Origin: the human T2T-CHM13v2.0 reference genome, Homo sapiens | Assembly: GCF_009914755.1 (NCBI RefSeq) | Contig: NC_060926.1 | Reading direction: 5' to 3' (one strand) | DNA length: 64,000 bases | Notes under the pieces: model-generated | What the model saw: only the letters and a program-made list of their open reading frames with translations | Databases searched by the model: none | Told to the model about the DNA's origin: nothing | Shown here: positions 61,017-64,000 of the stretch, piece by piece | Position numbering within the stretch: position 1 is the first letter of the stretch | Layout of the letters: every line of letters starts with the position of its first letter | Translations under genes and position numbers: made by a program

Positions 61017-64000
61017 GTTTAGAGCTTTGGCTGGTACCTGTAAGTTTGTGATCCATTTTGTGTTACTGTGTATATATGGTATGAGGTATGGGTCCACATT
61101 CATTCTTTTACATATGGATATCCAGTTGTCCCAGCATCATCTGTTGAAAAGACTATTCTTTCCCCCATTGGATGATCTTATCACTCTTGCCAAAAATCAA
61201 TGTGAGGCTTTAATTCTGGACTTAACTTTATTCTGTTTATCTATATATCTATCTTTATGCAAGTACCACACTGTGTAATCAAGCTACTGTATAGCTTTGT
61301 AGTAAGTTTAGAAATAGTAACATGTGAGTCCTCCAACTTTTCAATTTTATTTTGTCTATTCTTCAGCCCTTGAATTTCCAGGCAAAGTTTGATCAGCTTG
61401 TCAATTTCTGCAAAAAATGCAGTTGCAACTTTGATAGAGATTGCATTGTGTGTATATAGCCATTTGCAAGTATTGCCATCTTCACAATATTAAGTCTTCT
61501 AATCCATGAATATACAATTTCTTCCATTTATTTAGGTATTTTTAAATTTCTTTCAGTGATGTTTTGTAGTTTTCAGTGCACACATTTTGCACTTCTTTTG
61601 TTAAATTCATTCCTAAATATTTTATTAGTTTTGATGCTATTGTAAATGGAATATTTTCTTATTTTCATTTTTGGATTTTTCCTTGCTAGTGTATAGAAAA
61701 ACAACTGACTTTTGTATGTTGATCTGATTTCCTGAAACCTTGCTAAACTCTATAGTTTAGTATTTTTTTGTGGATTCCTTAGAATTTTCTATGCACATGA
61801 TCATGTCATCTGTAAGTAGAGATAGTTTTATTTCTTCCTGTCCAATCTAGATGGTTTTTTATTTTATTGTCTTGCCCTGGCTATTATCTCTATTACAATG
61901 TTGAATAGAAGTGGTGAGAAAAGACATCTTTGTCTTGTTCCTGATTTCAGGGAGAAAACTGTCAGTCATTTATCAGTAAGTATGATGTTAGCTGTGGGCT
62001 TTAGTAAACGTCCTCTATCAGGATGAGGAAGTTCCTGTCTATTTGTAGTTTCTTGAATATTTTTATCATGAAGGGGTGTTGGATTTTGTTGAATGATTTT
62101 TCTGTGTCTATTGAAATGATCATACGGTTTTTGTTCTTTATTCTTTTCACATGGTGCATTACATTGATTGATTTCAATTTGTTGAAAAATATCCACTCTT
62201 CATGTTATTTTTAAAACTGTGGACATTTTACTGTAGGACATAGGCAAGTTATTTTACATGTAGAGCAAAAATTAACCAGTATTAACCTATTAACAAATAG
62301 GTAAATAGACTCCTCTTATTCCTTAAGCTAGAAGAGTATCCCTACATTTCTGCGGAATGATATGGTAGTTCAAGACGTAAAGATGCCCCTTTCAGGCCTA
62401 CTTTTTATTTTCTAGTATTGCATCCATATTTTCTTTCCCTGTTCGCTCTAAAGCTAATAAGGAGAAAAATGAAGCAGCCCCAGAACTGTGAACGTGTTTG
62501 TGATCGACAAACTGCATTATCTACTCCTAAATCATTGCTAGTAAATGCCAATGTGAATCATTAATCATAAATGCTAATATGGGTAATGGAAAAGGTTATT
62601 AACAAGGTTAATCTCCTTAGGAAAAACCTCAGAAAACAATGGGGCAAGGATTCTATGAAAACAAAGAAATGAAAATAAAATGACTTCCAGCTCTACAGTA
62701 ATATGTTTCCTTTAAATTAAGGCTAGAATTTGGGGACATCTGAAGGCTTTAAGACGCTGGGGTGCACTTAATAAATGTTGTAGTCTTTTAAGAACGATTC
62801 TGCTTATATTTATTTCTAACGTACTGAATATTGTCAGTATTAATGTGAAAATTGATTTAAGTACAAAACAATCTTCATGCTAGGAAAATAATCTTTTAGT
62901 GGGTTTTTAGCAGCATAAAGTTTTTAAAAACTGGTGTAGGATTAGGGAGGATTCTATATTACGCTAAATACTGGGAAAATCAATGTGGTTATATTTTTAG
63001 AAAACAAAAGAATAGAATAGTATACTTCAACTGCAGTTCCATTCCAGGGCTCTGAGAGTTTTGCTGTCACCGTTCTTCATAACTGAGGCTTTCCATTCCT
63101 AATGTAAATTTCATAGCAGGGCAGTTCATAGCAAGGGGAACTCAGAAATACATTATTAGGCTGCTTATTAAAAATAGCCTGATAAAATATTACCAAACAT
63201 TTAAAACTACTTTTATGTATCTCAGAGCCAGAAACCATCATGCTTCCAAAATCAAGTAACACTTCAAAATTTCAAAACCAATTCCCTTGCATCTTGTCCT
63301 CCCCCTTACAGTGCTTCTCCCTGCAATTAATATCCTCCCAAAGGAAAGTTAATATGGAAAACACTAATTCCAGATTTACTTCATATGGCTAACTCCAAAT
63401 TGCATGTATATGTGCCTTCTCTTACACCAAATAAAAATTATGCAAACTTGTCAGGATCACAACAACTTACCCTTAAATACGCCAAAGGACCTCTGGCTTG
63501 AAAGACTTAACCTGGACCTGGCCAAATTGAGAGTGATGAAAAGGAATCATTATAGTAAAAATCCAAACCGTGAATTGTAGCAATTGAATCAAACTGTAAT
63601 ACTTCCTTAAATTTCAGAATATGGTAAAATTATGAGCTGATAGATTCAAACAATCTTATCTGTTGGGCACAGCTAAAATAATAACACTCTGTGTTTGTGT
63701 GGTGTTGTTATACTGTCTGTTCTACTAGAAATAGCAGTATTTCATTTGTCCCTCACTACATACCCACAAGGAATAATGGTTTGTTGTCAACATGCCCCCT
63801 TTTCTGGATTGGCTAAACTGAGACATAGAAAGGTTAAGTAGCACAGTTGGGCTCCAGCCTTAGTCTCCTATTTCCCATTAAGTTCTTTCCATAAGTTCTC
63901 ACCAGTTCTGGAATTTGTCTTAGAATTTAAAATTTGTACATGGATCTCACTAGACAGTGATTATAATGTGTACATTGGGTAATTTAACAAATTATCCTGA

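Overview
Human (primate) genomic DNA, very rich in Alu and L1 repeats. The left 15.4 kb holds the 5' end of THADA on the minus strand: a CpG-island promoter, non-coding exon 1 and seven coding exons that splice in frame to the first ~240 aa (MGVKKKKEMQVAALTICHQD...IFTKVLSD). A second CpG island at ~56.4-57.4 kb carries a plus-strand non-coding first exon. It is most likely PLEKHH2, the head-to-head neighbour of THADA at 2p21, but this rests on recalled synteny because no coding exon is in the window. The ~41 kb between them is mostly interspersed repeat: Alus (about 50 in the whole window), L1PB/L1M, L2, L3, MER57, MST/MLT, MER20, MER45, MER5A, MARNA, MADE1, a Y1 RNA pseudogene and a near full-length decayed Tigger4/Zombi transposon. 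I found no convincing new protein-coding gene or novel multi-gene system. The best leads are regulatory or structural: a GC-AG intron and a 33-nt symmetric microexon in THADA; candidate alternative 5'UTR splicing that adds uORFs; a divergent CTCF motif pair between the genes, one apparently arising by point change in a MER20; inverted AluY copies around the start-codon exons; several fold-back or templated-insertion scars; and a switch in Alu strand polarity near the intergenic midpoint. Repeat subfamily names come from recalled consensus sequences, and repeat boundaries are approximate.
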